A DNA stretch of 32,000 nt from Candidatus Buchananbacteria bacterium (GCA_030592165.1 JAUVKC010000002.1:1-32000); one strand, 5' to 3'; numbered from the stretch's first letter, positions 8,902 through 17,438 are shown. Notes: a model not told the origin generated them from the letters alone. Numbers and translations: made by a program.

Positions 8902-8926
8902 TTACTAGTAGTTTTAGCACTAGTAA
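8902..8926. promoter_or_regulatory. Perfect 8-bp inverted repeat in the leader of the Cys-rich gene (operator or 5' UTR hairpin)
   Basis: TTACTAGT-N9-ACTAGTAA, just downstream of the predicted minus-strand -10 element. Confidence 0.35.
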
Positions 8927-9032
8927 AGATCTTCTTTTTTTTATCATAATTGGTATTGATGATTTTGTCAAGTTTTAAACAAATTGAAAATTTGTTATAA
9001 TATAATAAATTAATTATTAATTAAAGATCCAT

Positions 9033-9260
9033 ATGACAAAGTTTTTGACTTTTAATATAGATAAAGCTTACCAGGAAATTAAAGAAAGAGCAGAAGCAGA
9101 AGCAGTTACTAATAAAAATGCTTGGGATAGTTATGTTGAAGAATATATTAACGAAAAGATAAGTGTTGGGGAGTTACACCCTGACACAAATAACGAGGAG
9201 TGTATTACTAACTTGAAATCCCGTTGGGAAATTTATAAAAATAATATAAATATACATTAA
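9033..9260 (+). CDS. Hypothetical small acidic protein
   Basis: 75-aa ORF whose stop abuts the start of the next gene (TAAT-ATG). No recognisable motif. Confidence 0.4.
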   Translation: MTKFLTFNIDKAYQEIKERAEAEAVTNKNAWDSYVEEYINEKISVGELHPDTNNEECITNLKSRWEIYKNNINIH

Positions 9261-9261
9261 T

Positions 9262-9987
9262 ATGAAAAGAAAAATAATTCAAATCAATGAAGAAAAATGT
9301 AATGGTTGTGGTAATTGCATCAATATTTGTGCTGAGGCAGCTTTAGAGCTAGTTGATGGCAAAGCCAAGGTTGTTAAAGATTTTTATTGTGATGGAATGG
9401 GAGCTTGTCTGGATGTTTGCCCTGTTGACGCCTTGAAAATTGTTGAAGCTGATGTTGCAGAATACGACCCTGAAAAAACTCAAGAACATGTAAAAGCGAT
9501 TCGTGGCGAGGAAGCTGCAAAAAAAGTTCATGGAATCGCTAAAGACGATAATTTAGCTTGTGGTTGTCCTGGGACAACATTGAGAGAAATTGAGCTTGAT
9601 GATTCAAAGGAGAAAAGTGATTTAGAGATTACTTCACAATTAACCCAATGGCCAGTTCAATTAAATTTACTTGGTCCTGGGGCACCCTTTTTTGATGATT
9701 CAGATTTATTAATCTGTGCTGATTGTGTTCCTTTTGCAGAACCAAATCTTCACCAAGTTTTATTAAAAGGAAGGTCTGTAGTAATTGGTTGTCCAAAATT
9801 TGATGATTCTCAAACTCATATTAACAAGTTAAGCGAAATTTTTAAAAGTCATAATATTAAATCTATTACAGTTGCGATCATGGAGGTTCCTTGCTGTAAT
9901 GGTTTGTTGACTGTAGTTGAAGAAGCCTTGAAACTTTCCGGTAAAGATATCCCTATGGAAACTAAAATTGTTAAAATTCAAAAATAA
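9262..9987 (+). CDS. 4Fe-4S dicluster ferredoxin-domain protein with a C-terminal Cys-rich domain
   Basis: CNGCGNCINICA and CDGMGACLDVCP motifs, then CGCPG, CADCVPFA, GCPKFDD and VPCCNG. It lies directly upstream of hydA. Confidence 0.75.
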   Translation: MKRKIIQINEEKCNGCGNCINICAEAALELVDGKAKVVKDFYCDGMGACLDVCPVDALKIVEADVAEYDPEKTQEHVKAIRGEEAAKKVHGIAKDDNLACGCPGTTLREIELDDSKEKSDLEITSQLTQWPVQLNLLGPGAPFFDDSDLLICADCVPFAEPNLHQVLLKGRSVVIGCPKFDDSQTHINKLSEIFKSHNIKSITVAIMEVPCCNGLLTVVEEALKLSGKDIPMETKIVKIQK

Positions 9988-9996
9988 TTATTTAAA

Positions 9997-10038
9997 ACAA
10001 GCAGGCGTTTTGAATTACCCAAAAACTGCTTGTTTTTT
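9997..10038 (+). terminator. Long hairpin terminator after the ferredoxin-domain gene
   Basis: ACAAGCAG...CTGCTTGT with inner GTTTTG/CAAAAC pairing, followed by a T-run. Confidence 0.6.
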
Positions 10039-10101
10039 GGTTTTAAATTTTATTTAAATAGGGTATAATTAAGTCATCTAATTCCTTTATATAAAATAGA
10101 A

Positions 10102-10130
10102 TCACACTTCGACTGGGCTCAGTGTGACAT
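10102..10130 (+). repeat. Hairpin motif copy A (shared with the rplJ leader)
   Basis: TCACAC-TTCGACTGGGCTCA-GTGTGA. 24 of 26 nt are identical to 26490-26515. Confidence 0.6.
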
Positions 10131-10136
10131 TTGAAT

Positions 10137-11402
10137 ATGTCCAAAAAAACTATAAAAATTAATCATATAGCAAAGATGGAGGGGCACGCAGGATTTGTTG
10201 CTCATATACTTGATGGTGATGTGAAAAAGGCTAAAATGGAGACTCATGAAGGCGCCAGATTGATTGAGGGTGTTGTTTTAGGCCGTGACTATTTTGAAGT
10301 TCCAATGATTACTGCCAGGATTTGTGGGATATGTCCGATTGTCCATTTTTTATCTTCAACTCATGCTATCGAAGAAGCTTTTGGAATTAAAGTATCTAGC
10401 CAAACCTTTTTGATAAGAAAAGTAATGGAACATTTGCAAATTATCCACTCACATGCTTTGCATCTGTTTTTTTTGTCGTTACCTGATTTTTTTGAGATTG
10501 AAAATGATTTAAATTTTATAAAAAAATATCCTAAAGAAACAGAGGCTGTGATCAGAGTTCGCCAGTTTGCTATTGATATGGTTGAATTGATTGGCGGTAG
10601 AGTAGTTCATCCTTTGACGATGGAAGTTGGCGGGTTTAAAAAACTTCCTTCAATTGAAGAGGTTAATAAATTAATGCAAAGATTTAATTCAGTTATTGAA
10701 GATGGTATTTTTGTTACTGAATTTGCCAGGAAAATAAATTATCCAAAATTTAAGCGTGAAACTGAATTTGTTTCATTGTATAGCCAAAATGACTATGAGA
10801 TTTTATGGGGTGATATTATGACAAGTCATGGTAAAAAAATGAAGCCCAAAGAATTTTATAAGATGATCAAAGAACATCATCAGCCATTTGAAAAAGTTAA
10901 AAGAACAACTTATTTGGGGAAACCATATTTTTCCGGAGCTTTGGCCAGAATAAATAATAATTTTGATAAGTTAAATCCAAAAGCTAAAAAATTATGGAAG
11001 GAATCTAAACAAGAAATTCCTTGTTATAATACATTTTATAATGTTTATGCTCAGGCAGTTGAAATTATTCATAGCCTTGAGTCTATTAAATCAATATTTA
11101 AACAGCTTGGTAAAATAGATCAGAAAATTATTAAAGTTAAGGTTGTAACTAGAGCAGGTGAGGGTTGGGGCGCTGTTGAAGCACCGCGAGGGATTTTACT
11201 TGATTATTATAAGTTTGATAAAAACGGTAAAGTTTTAGAAGCCAATATAATTTCACCTACATCTCAGTTCCTTGCTAATTTAGAAGCTGATTTGTTTGAA
11301 TATCTGCCAAATGTATATAAAATGCCTTTAAAACAGCGCAGAAGCAAAATTAGAACACTTGTCAGGGCATATGATCCATGTATAAGTTGTGCTACACATT
11401 AA
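10137..11402 (+). CDS. hydA: Group 3b [NiFe]-hydrogenase alpha (large) subunit
   Basis: N-terminal RICGICPIVH and C-terminal DPCISCATH Ni-Fe ligand motifs. The ORF stops immediately after the His. I prefer the ATG at 10137 over the TTG at 10131. Confidence 0.95.
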   Translation: MSKKTIKINHIAKMEGHAGFVAHILDGDVKKAKMETHEGARLIEGVVLGRDYFEVPMITARICGICPIVHFLSSTHAIEEAFGIKVSSQTFLIRKVMEHLQIIHSHALHLFFLSLPDFFEIENDLNFIKKYPKETEAVIRVRQFAIDMVELIGGRVVHPLTMEVGGFKKLPSIEEVNKLMQRFNSVIEDGIFVTEFARKINYPKFKRETEFVSLYSQNDYEILWGDIMTSHGKKMKPKEFYKMIKEHHQPFEKVKRTTYLGKPYFSGALARINNNFDKLNPKAKKLWKESKQEIPCYNTFYNVYAQAVEIIHSLESIKSIFKQLGKIDQKIIKVKVVTRAGEGWGAVEAPRGILLDYYKFDKNGKVLEANIISPTSQFLANLEADLFEYLPNVYKMPLKQRRSKIRTLVRAYDPCISCATH

Positions 11403-11490
11403 ATTTTAGGTTTAGATTTTATTTTAATGAAAGAATCGTAAATCCTCAAAATATCAAAATTAAAGATAAGGTAATATTTAATTAATATAT

Positions 11491-12744
11491 ATGACTACTC
11501 AAATCGTTATTTTATTTGTCTTGCTGGTTATGTCAGCTATTTTTTCTGGTATAGAATTAGCCTTTTTTTCACTTAGTGATATCAAGGTTAGAAACTTAGT
11601 TGATAAAAAAGTAAAAAACGCTCAAAAAGTTCAAAAATTAAAGTCAAACCCCGAGAAATTACTAATCACTATACTAATTGGGAATAATGTTGTTAATATT
11701 GGCGCTGCTTCGCTTGCTACTGTATTAGCTACTGATGCTTTTGGTTCAAGTGGGGTGGGGATAGCTACAGGTGTTATGACTTTATTAGTTTTAATTTTTG
11801 GTGAAATAACTCCAAAGTCAATTGCTAACGCAAAAAATGAAAAGATTAGTTTGTTAATGGCTAGGCCATTACTTTTATTAATGTATATTTTGTACCCGAT
11901 AATTGTAATTTTGGAATTGATAACTAAATTAATTACTAAAGTAACTGGTGCTCAAGATGGGGCGTTGGTTTCAGAAGAAGAATTAAAGACAATGGCTAAA
12001 ATGGGAGTAGAGGAAAGGGTAATTGAAGGTTACGAGGGTGAAATGATAAGTAAGGTTTTTGAGCTAAATGATATTACAGCCGAAGATGTTATGACTGTAA
12101 AATCAGAAATGCAGGTAATTGATTCACAAATGCTTTTAGCTGATGCTTTACCAATTATCTCAAGTTCACCATTTTCTAGAATACCAATTTATGATGACGA
12201 AAAATTAAATATTGTCGGAGTGATATATGCAAAAGATGTTTTAATAGAAGGCGCCAAATGTGTAGTTAGTCCTTCAGAATATGATCATAAAGGTATTAAA
12301 TTGGCTGATATTGCCAGAAAACCACTTTTTGTCCCTGAAAATATACTAATAAATGATTTGCTAAAAGATTTTCAAAAAAGAAGAATCCAAATTGCTATAG
12401 TAGTTGATGAAGCGGGTACAATTCAGGGTTTAATTACCTTAGAAGATATATTAGAAGAAATCGTCGGTGAAATAATTGATGAAACAGATATTGAAAAAGA
12501 TTTAATTAAACGATTGGATAAGAAAAGCATTTTAGTTGATGGTATGACAGAAATAGAAGATGTTAATGATTTTTTTAACATAACTATCAAAGCACCTCGT
12601 AAGGAATTTATTTCAAAGTTTCTTTTGGACAGATTTAAAAAAATACCAGAAACAGGTGATGAATTAGAAATCGACGAAATAACTTATTTTATCAGTGATG
12701 CTGATGAAAAGAAAATTAAGAAAATAAGAATAAGTAAAAAATAA
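11491..12744 (+). CDS. CNNM/CorC/TlyC-family membrane protein (DUF21 + CBS pair + CorC_HlyC)
   Basis: N-terminal TM helices, the GEITPKS motif, a CBS-like region and C-terminal LEDILEEIVGEI. Confidence 0.85.
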   Translation: MTTQIVILFVLLVMSAIFSGIELAFFSLSDIKVRNLVDKKVKNAQKVQKLKSNPEKLLITILIGNNVVNIGAASLATVLATDAFGSSGVGIATGVMTLLVLIFGEITPKSIANAKNEKISLLMARPLLLLMYILYPIIVILELITKLITKVTGAQDGALVSEEELKTMAKMGVEERVIEGYEGEMISKVFELNDITAEDVMTVKSEMQVIDSQMLLADALPIISSSPFSRIPIYDDEKLNIVGVIYAKDVLIEGAKCVVSPSEYDHKGIKLADIARKPLFVPENILINDLLKDFQKRRIQIAIVVDEAGTIQGLITLEDILEEIVGEIIDETDIEKDLIKRLDKKSILVDGMTEIEDVNDFFNITIKAPRKEFISKFLLDRFKKIPETGDELEIDEITYFISDADEKKIKKIRISKK

Positions 12745-12998
12745 TGCATGATTTACACGAAGCTAATAAAATTTTAAAAATAATATTGGAATACGCTAAG
12801 GAAAATAATTTACAAAAAGTTAGCAGGGCTGTTATAAATTTAGGAATTATTGAAGAACATGGTCAGGAAATTTCTCCTGAAAATATTGAGTTTAATATTA
12901 ATGTTCTGGCTAAAGGGACAGTGGCTGAAAATATTGAATTAGTTATAAATAAAGTAAAAAGTGAGTCATGGGAATTAAAAGAGATTGAGGGTGAATAA
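12744..12998 (+). CDS. hypA: HypA-like nickel metallochaperone lacking the zinc domain
   Basis: Starts MHD (HypA has an MHE Ni-binding N-terminus). The HypA-like pattern A..IL.I..E.A....KV....I.LG...... I.PE...F......GT.AE is present. It is 84 aa with no cysteine at all. TAATG overlap with the upstream gene. Confidence 0.55.
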   Translation: MHDLHEANKILKIILEYAKENNLQKVSRAVINLGIIEEHGQEISPENIEFNINVLAKGTVAENIELVINKVKSESWELKEIEGE

Positions 12999-13078
12999 GA
13001 AAAAAGAAATTAGTTATTAGAAATTTGAAATTAGTAAAATGAAGTGATTTATTTAATTTTTTTTGCTATAATATAGCT

Positions 13079-14275
13079 ATGAAAATAAAAACAATAAAAC
13101 AAACAAAAAATCTCAAAAACAAAATAGTTTTACTCAGAGTGGATTATAATGTGGCAATTAAAGGTGGTAAGGTTTTGGATACACAAAGGCTTGAACGAAG
13201 TTATTCAACAATTAATTATTTGCTTAAAAATAAGGCTAAGGTTGTTTTAATTTCTCATTTAGGCAGGCCAGGAGGTAAAAAGAATAAAAAATTTAGTCTT
13301 AAACCAGTTGTTAAATATTTGAATAAAATCACCAAAAAGAATGTATTTTTTATTAATGATTGTATTGGTGAAAAAGTGCAAAATAAGATTGCACAGCTTA
13401 AAGCTGGGCAAATTTTGCTTTTAGAGAATGTGCGGTTTTATCCTGGTGAAGAAAAAAATGATCCTAAATTTGCCCAAGAACTTGCTTCATTAGGCGATAT
13501 TTTTGTAAATGATGCTTTTGCTATGTGCCATCGTAAACATGCTTCTGTTTCAGCGGTTGAAAATTATTTGCCAGCTTATGCAGGATTTAATTTACTAGAT
13601 GAAATAGAGAATTTAAGTAAAGTCTTGAAAGGTTATAAAAGACCAGCCGTAGCTATTATTGGCGGAGCGAAAATTTCAACCAAAATTAAAGTAATTGAAA
13701 ATTTAGCCAAGAAATACGATTATATTTTGATTGGTGGTGCTTTGGCTAATAATTTTTTTGCTGCTCAAAAAATTAATATTGGTATGTCAAAATATGAGGA
13801 AGATTATGTGAAATTAGCAGCTCAATTATATAAGAAATATAAAAATAAAATTATATTACCAATTGATGTGAAAATAACTAATAGTGTTTTAAAAAATGCC
13901 AAACCAGTTAATATGAGTGTTATTGAACTTAATAATATTAAACAAAAGCAATGGCTGATTGCTGATATTGGACCTAAGACAGAAATATTTTATGAACATT
14001 TGATACAGCAGGCAAAAACTTTAATTTATAATGGTGCTATGGGGATTTTTGAAATAAAAAATTTCAGTCATGGAACATATTTTATTACTGAAAAAGTTGC
14101 TATGAAAAGTCTTGATGATACTTTTTCTGTAGTTGGTGGGGGAGAGACTTTGGTTGCTTTGCATAATATTGGCATGAAGAAATATCCGGATTTTGTTTCA
14201 ACTGCTGGTGGTGCGATGCTAGAATTTCTCGAAGGTAAAATTTTACCTGGTATAAAACCATTAATTAAAAAATAA
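13079..14275 (+). CDS. pgk: Phosphoglycerate kinase
   Basis: RVDYNV, ISHLGRPGG, ENVRFYPGEE and GGGET motifs along the full length. Confidence 0.95.
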   Translation: MKIKTIKQTKNLKNKIVLLRVDYNVAIKGGKVLDTQRLERSYSTINYLLKNKAKVVLISHLGRPGGKKNKKFSLKPVVKYLNKITKKNVFFINDCIGEKVQNKIAQLKAGQILLLENVRFYPGEEKNDPKFAQELASLGDIFVNDAFAMCHRKHASVSAVENYLPAYAGFNLLDEIENLSKVLKGYKRPAVAIIGGAKISTKIKVIENLAKKYDYILIGGALANNFFAAQKINIGMSKYEEDYVKLAAQLYKKYKNKIILPIDVKITNSVLKNAKPVNMSVIELNNIKQKQWLIADIGPKTEIFYEHLIQQAKTLIYNGAMGIFEIKNFSHGTYFITEKVAMKSLDDTFSVVGGGETLVALHNIGMKKYPDFVSTAGGAMLEFLEGKILPGIKPLIKK

Positions 14276-14490
14276 TGAAATTAGATCAGGTCGAATTTAT
14301 TGAAAATAAATTATTAGAAATCAGAAAGATTATCAGCCTAGATGATGCTTATCAAATATGTGGTGATATAATATCTAATGCTGGTGATGATATGCTGGAC
14401 GGACATATTGATGAAATGTTAAAAGCGATGGGTTACGATAAGTTTTGTCGAAAAAAAATAAGTAAAATAATTAAAGAAATACAAAATTAA
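14275..14490 (+). CDS. Hypothetical small protein
   Basis: 71-aa ORF with a TAATG overlap on the pgk stop. No recognisable motif. Confidence 0.4.
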   Translation: MKLDQVEFIENKLLEIRKIISLDDAYQICGDIISNAGDDMLDGHIDEMLKAMGYDKFCRKKISKIIKEIQN

Positions 14491-14506
14491 AAAATAAAAT
14501 AATTAC

Positions 14507-15766
14507 ATGCTGAATACAAGGAAAATAAAAAAAATAAAAGCCAGGGAAATTTTGGATTCACGAGGTAATCCAACTATTGAAACAAAAGTGTATTTAAAAA
14601 ATGGTCTTTGGGCCAAAGCCGCTGTACCTTCCGGGGCATCTACAGGTATCCACGAAGCTTTAGAATTACGTGATAAAAATAAGAAACGATATTTAGGCAA
14701 AGGTGTTTTAAAAGCTGTTGGTAATGTAAATAAAGACATTAATTATCTTTTGAAAAATATAGACGTCACCAAGCAACAGGATATTGATAAATTAATGATT
14801 AAGCTTGATGATACTGAAAATAAGAAAAATCTAGGTGCTAATGCTATCCTCAGCGTTTCATTGGCATGTGCTCGAGCCGGTGCAAAATCTGGTGCTATGC
14901 CATTATATAGTTATTTGAGAAAAACATTTAGAATCCATTACCAGGATTATAAAATGCCCATACCTATGATGAATATTTTAAATGGAGGAGCTCACGCAGA
15001 TTTCGCTTTGGATATTCAGGAAGCTATGATTTTACCAAAGTCAGGCAAAATGGCCAAAAGAATTCAAATGGGTAGTGAGATTTTTCATCATTTAGGTCAA
15101 ATTCTAAAAAAGAAAAAAATGAATACATTTGTTGGTGATGAAGGTGGTTACGCTGTTAATTTAAAGAAAAACGAAGATGCTTTCAAATTAATATTACAAG
15201 CGATTAAAAAGGCTGGATATAAACCATATAAAGATGTTGACCTAGCTATTGATGCTGCTGCTTCTGAGTTTTACAATAAATCAAAGAAAAGATATAAAAT
15301 TGACGGTAAAAGTTTAACTGCTAATAAAATGATTGAACTTTATAAGTTATGGTTGAAAAAATATAAGTTGGTTTCGATTGAGGATGGTTTAGATGAAGAC
15401 GATTGGGATAACTGGGCAAAGTTAACAACAATATTGGGTGATAAAAGTTTACAAGTAGGTGATGATTTGTTTGTTACTAATACAAAAAGACTTCAACAAG
15501 GAATCGATAACGGTGTAGCTAATTCAATTTTAATTAAATTAAATCAAATCGGTAGTCTGACTGAAACAATATCTGCAATTTATTTGGCTAAGCAAAATAA
15601 ATATAAAACAATTATTTCACATCGTAGCGGAGAAACCTCTGATACTTTCATTGCAGATCTAGCTGTAGCAGTTAATGCTGATTATATTAAAACAGGTTCT
15701 ATGTCAAGGATGGAGAGAGTTGATAAATATAATCGTTTAATGGAAATTGAAGAAGAATTAAGCTAA
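14507..15766 (+). CDS. eno: Enolase
   Basis: AREILDSRGNPTIE, SGASTG..EA.ELRD, IKLNQIGSLTET and SHRSGETSD motifs. Confidence 0.97.
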   Translation: MLNTRKIKKIKAREILDSRGNPTIETKVYLKNGLWAKAAVPSGASTGIHEALELRDKNKKRYLGKGVLKAVGNVNKDINYLLKNIDVTKQQDIDKLMIKLDDTENKKNLGANAILSVSLACARAGAKSGAMPLYSYLRKTFRIHYQDYKMPIPMMNILNGGAHADFALDIQEAMILPKSGKMAKRIQMGSEIFHHLGQILKKKKMNTFVGDEGGYAVNLKKNEDAFKLILQAIKKAGYKPYKDVDLAIDAAASEFYNKSKKRYKIDGKSLTANKMIELYKLWLKKYKLVSIEDGLDEDDWDNWAKLTTILGDKSLQVGDDLFVTNTKRLQQGIDNGVANSILIKLNQIGSLTETISAIYLAKQNKYKTIISHRSGETSDTFIADLAVAVNADYIKTGSMSRMERVDKYNRLMEIEEELS

Positions 15767-15786
15767 AAATGTAAATAAATAAAATA

Positions 15787-15815
15787 AATCAAGCTTTTGT
15801 TAAGGCTTGATTTTG
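15787..15815 (+). terminator. Terminator after eno
   Basis: AATCAAGC-N10-GCTTGATT followed by a T-run. Confidence 0.7.
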
Positions 15816-15841
15816 TTTGGGTGATAATATAAACTATATAT

Positions 15842-17437
15842 ATGAAAAAATATAAAAATTTACCTATAGTTCTCATAATCCTTGATGGTTGGGGTATAGC
15901 GCCTGATGCCTCTGGAAACGCTATTTCAAGGGCAAAAACACCTCATTTTGATAAGTATGTGGCAACTTATCCTTCAATGAGATTAGCAGCCTCTGGGGCT
16001 TATGTAGGGCTTTCTACTCATCTTCCAGGTAATTCAGAAATAGGTCATATTAATATTGGTACAGGTCGCATTTTTCAACAACATGCAGATATAATAAATC
16101 AGGCTATTAATAATGGTGATTTTTTTGAAAATGAAGCATTTTTAAAGGCAATTGAGAATTGTAAAAAAAATAGAACAAAGATTCATTTAGTTGGTCTTTT
16201 AAGTCAAACAAATAAGCACTCTAAAATTGAACATGTTTATGCTTTACTGAAAATATTTAAAAAATACAGATTAACTCGGGTTTTTTTACATTTGATCGTT
16301 GATGGGGTTGATACTAGTAAAATAAGTGGTTTGGAAAATTTGAAAAATTTAATAGATTATATCGAAGAAATAAAAAGTCCAGCCCAGATCGCCTCAATTT
16401 GTGGTCGTCAATACGCTATGAATCGTCAGTGTGATTGGATAAAAACACAGCTTGCCTATAATGCAATGGCTTTGGGGCTTGGTGAACAAGCAAAAGATCC
16501 TTTGTCAATTTTAAGTACTTCGTATGAAAATGAAATTCATGATGAAGATATTAAACCTGCAAATATAAGTTTCCGTAATAAAGCTATTAGCAAAATTGAT
16601 AATGGTGATAGTGTTATATTTTTTAATTACAGAAACGATGGTATGCGTCAATTAGTCAAATCTTTTGTTTTACCAGAATTTAATAAATTTGACAGACAAA
16701 AAGATTTTACTAACACTGTTTTTTGTGCAATGGTTAAATATGCTCCTGATTTACCTTTTGATCTGGTAGCTTTTCCGAAAATAAAAATTAAAAATAGTTT
16801 AACTGAAGTTTTGAATAAAGATGGTTTGCGTCAATTAAATATAGCTGAGACAGAAAAATTCCCTCATGTAACATATTATTTTAATGGTGAACAACACCTG
16901 GAATTTACCCATTATGATGAGATTTTAGTTCCGTCACCAAAGGTTGCTTTATTCAATAAAAAACCAGAGATGTCAGCTAATAAAATAACTGATGAAGTAT
17001 TGCGGGCCTTAAGTGAAAACAAATACGATTTTTTAACAGTTAATTTTGCTAATGCTGATATAGTTGCCCACAGTGAAGATTTCCAGGCAACAATTAAAGC
17101 TTGTCAGGTTATTGATAAATGTTTAGGCAAAATAGTTCCAGTTGTTTTAAGTAAAAATGGAATTGTTTTAATCTGTGGTGATCATGGTAATGCTGAAGAA
17201 ATGCAAAACATTCAAACAAGTGAAGTTGACGCAGGTCATAGTCGAAATGATGTTCCTTTTATTATGATTAGTAATAGCTGGGAGGGCAAAACAGGCGGTG
17301 TTCCAGATAGCTTAGGAGCTGATTTAAGTCTTGTTAAACCTGTTGGAAAATTAGCTGATATAGCCCCGACCATATTAAATATTTTAAAAATAGAAAAACC
17401 AGACGATATGACAGGTAATAATTTAATAAATTTATAA
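15842..17437 (+). CDS. gpmI: 2,3-bisphosphoglycerate-independent phosphoglycerate mutase
   Basis: ILDGWG, NSEIGH.NIG.GR and DHGNAE motifs. 531 aa. Confidence 0.95.
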   Translation: MKKYKNLPIVLIILDGWGIAPDASGNAISRAKTPHFDKYVATYPSMRLAASGAYVGLSTHLPGNSEIGHINIGTGRIFQQHADIINQAINNGDFFENEAFLKAIENCKKNRTKIHLVGLLSQTNKHSKIEHVYALLKIFKKYRLTRVFLHLIVDGVDTSKISGLENLKNLIDYIEEIKSPAQIASICGRQYAMNRQCDWIKTQLAYNAMALGLGEQAKDPLSILSTSYENEIHDEDIKPANISFRNKAISKIDNGDSVIFFNYRNDGMRQLVKSFVLPEFNKFDRQKDFTNTVFCAMVKYAPDLPFDLVAFPKIKIKNSLTEVLNKDGLRQLNIAETEKFPHVTYYFNGEQHLEFTHYDEILVPSPKVALFNKKPEMSANKITDEVLRALSENKYDFLTVNFANADIVAHSEDFQATIKACQVIDKCLGKIVPVVLSKNGIVLICGDHGNAEEMQNIQTSEVDAGHSRNDVPFIMISNSWEGKTGGVPDSLGADLSLVKPVGKLADIAPTILNILKIEKPDDMTGNNLINL

Positions 17438-17438
17438 T

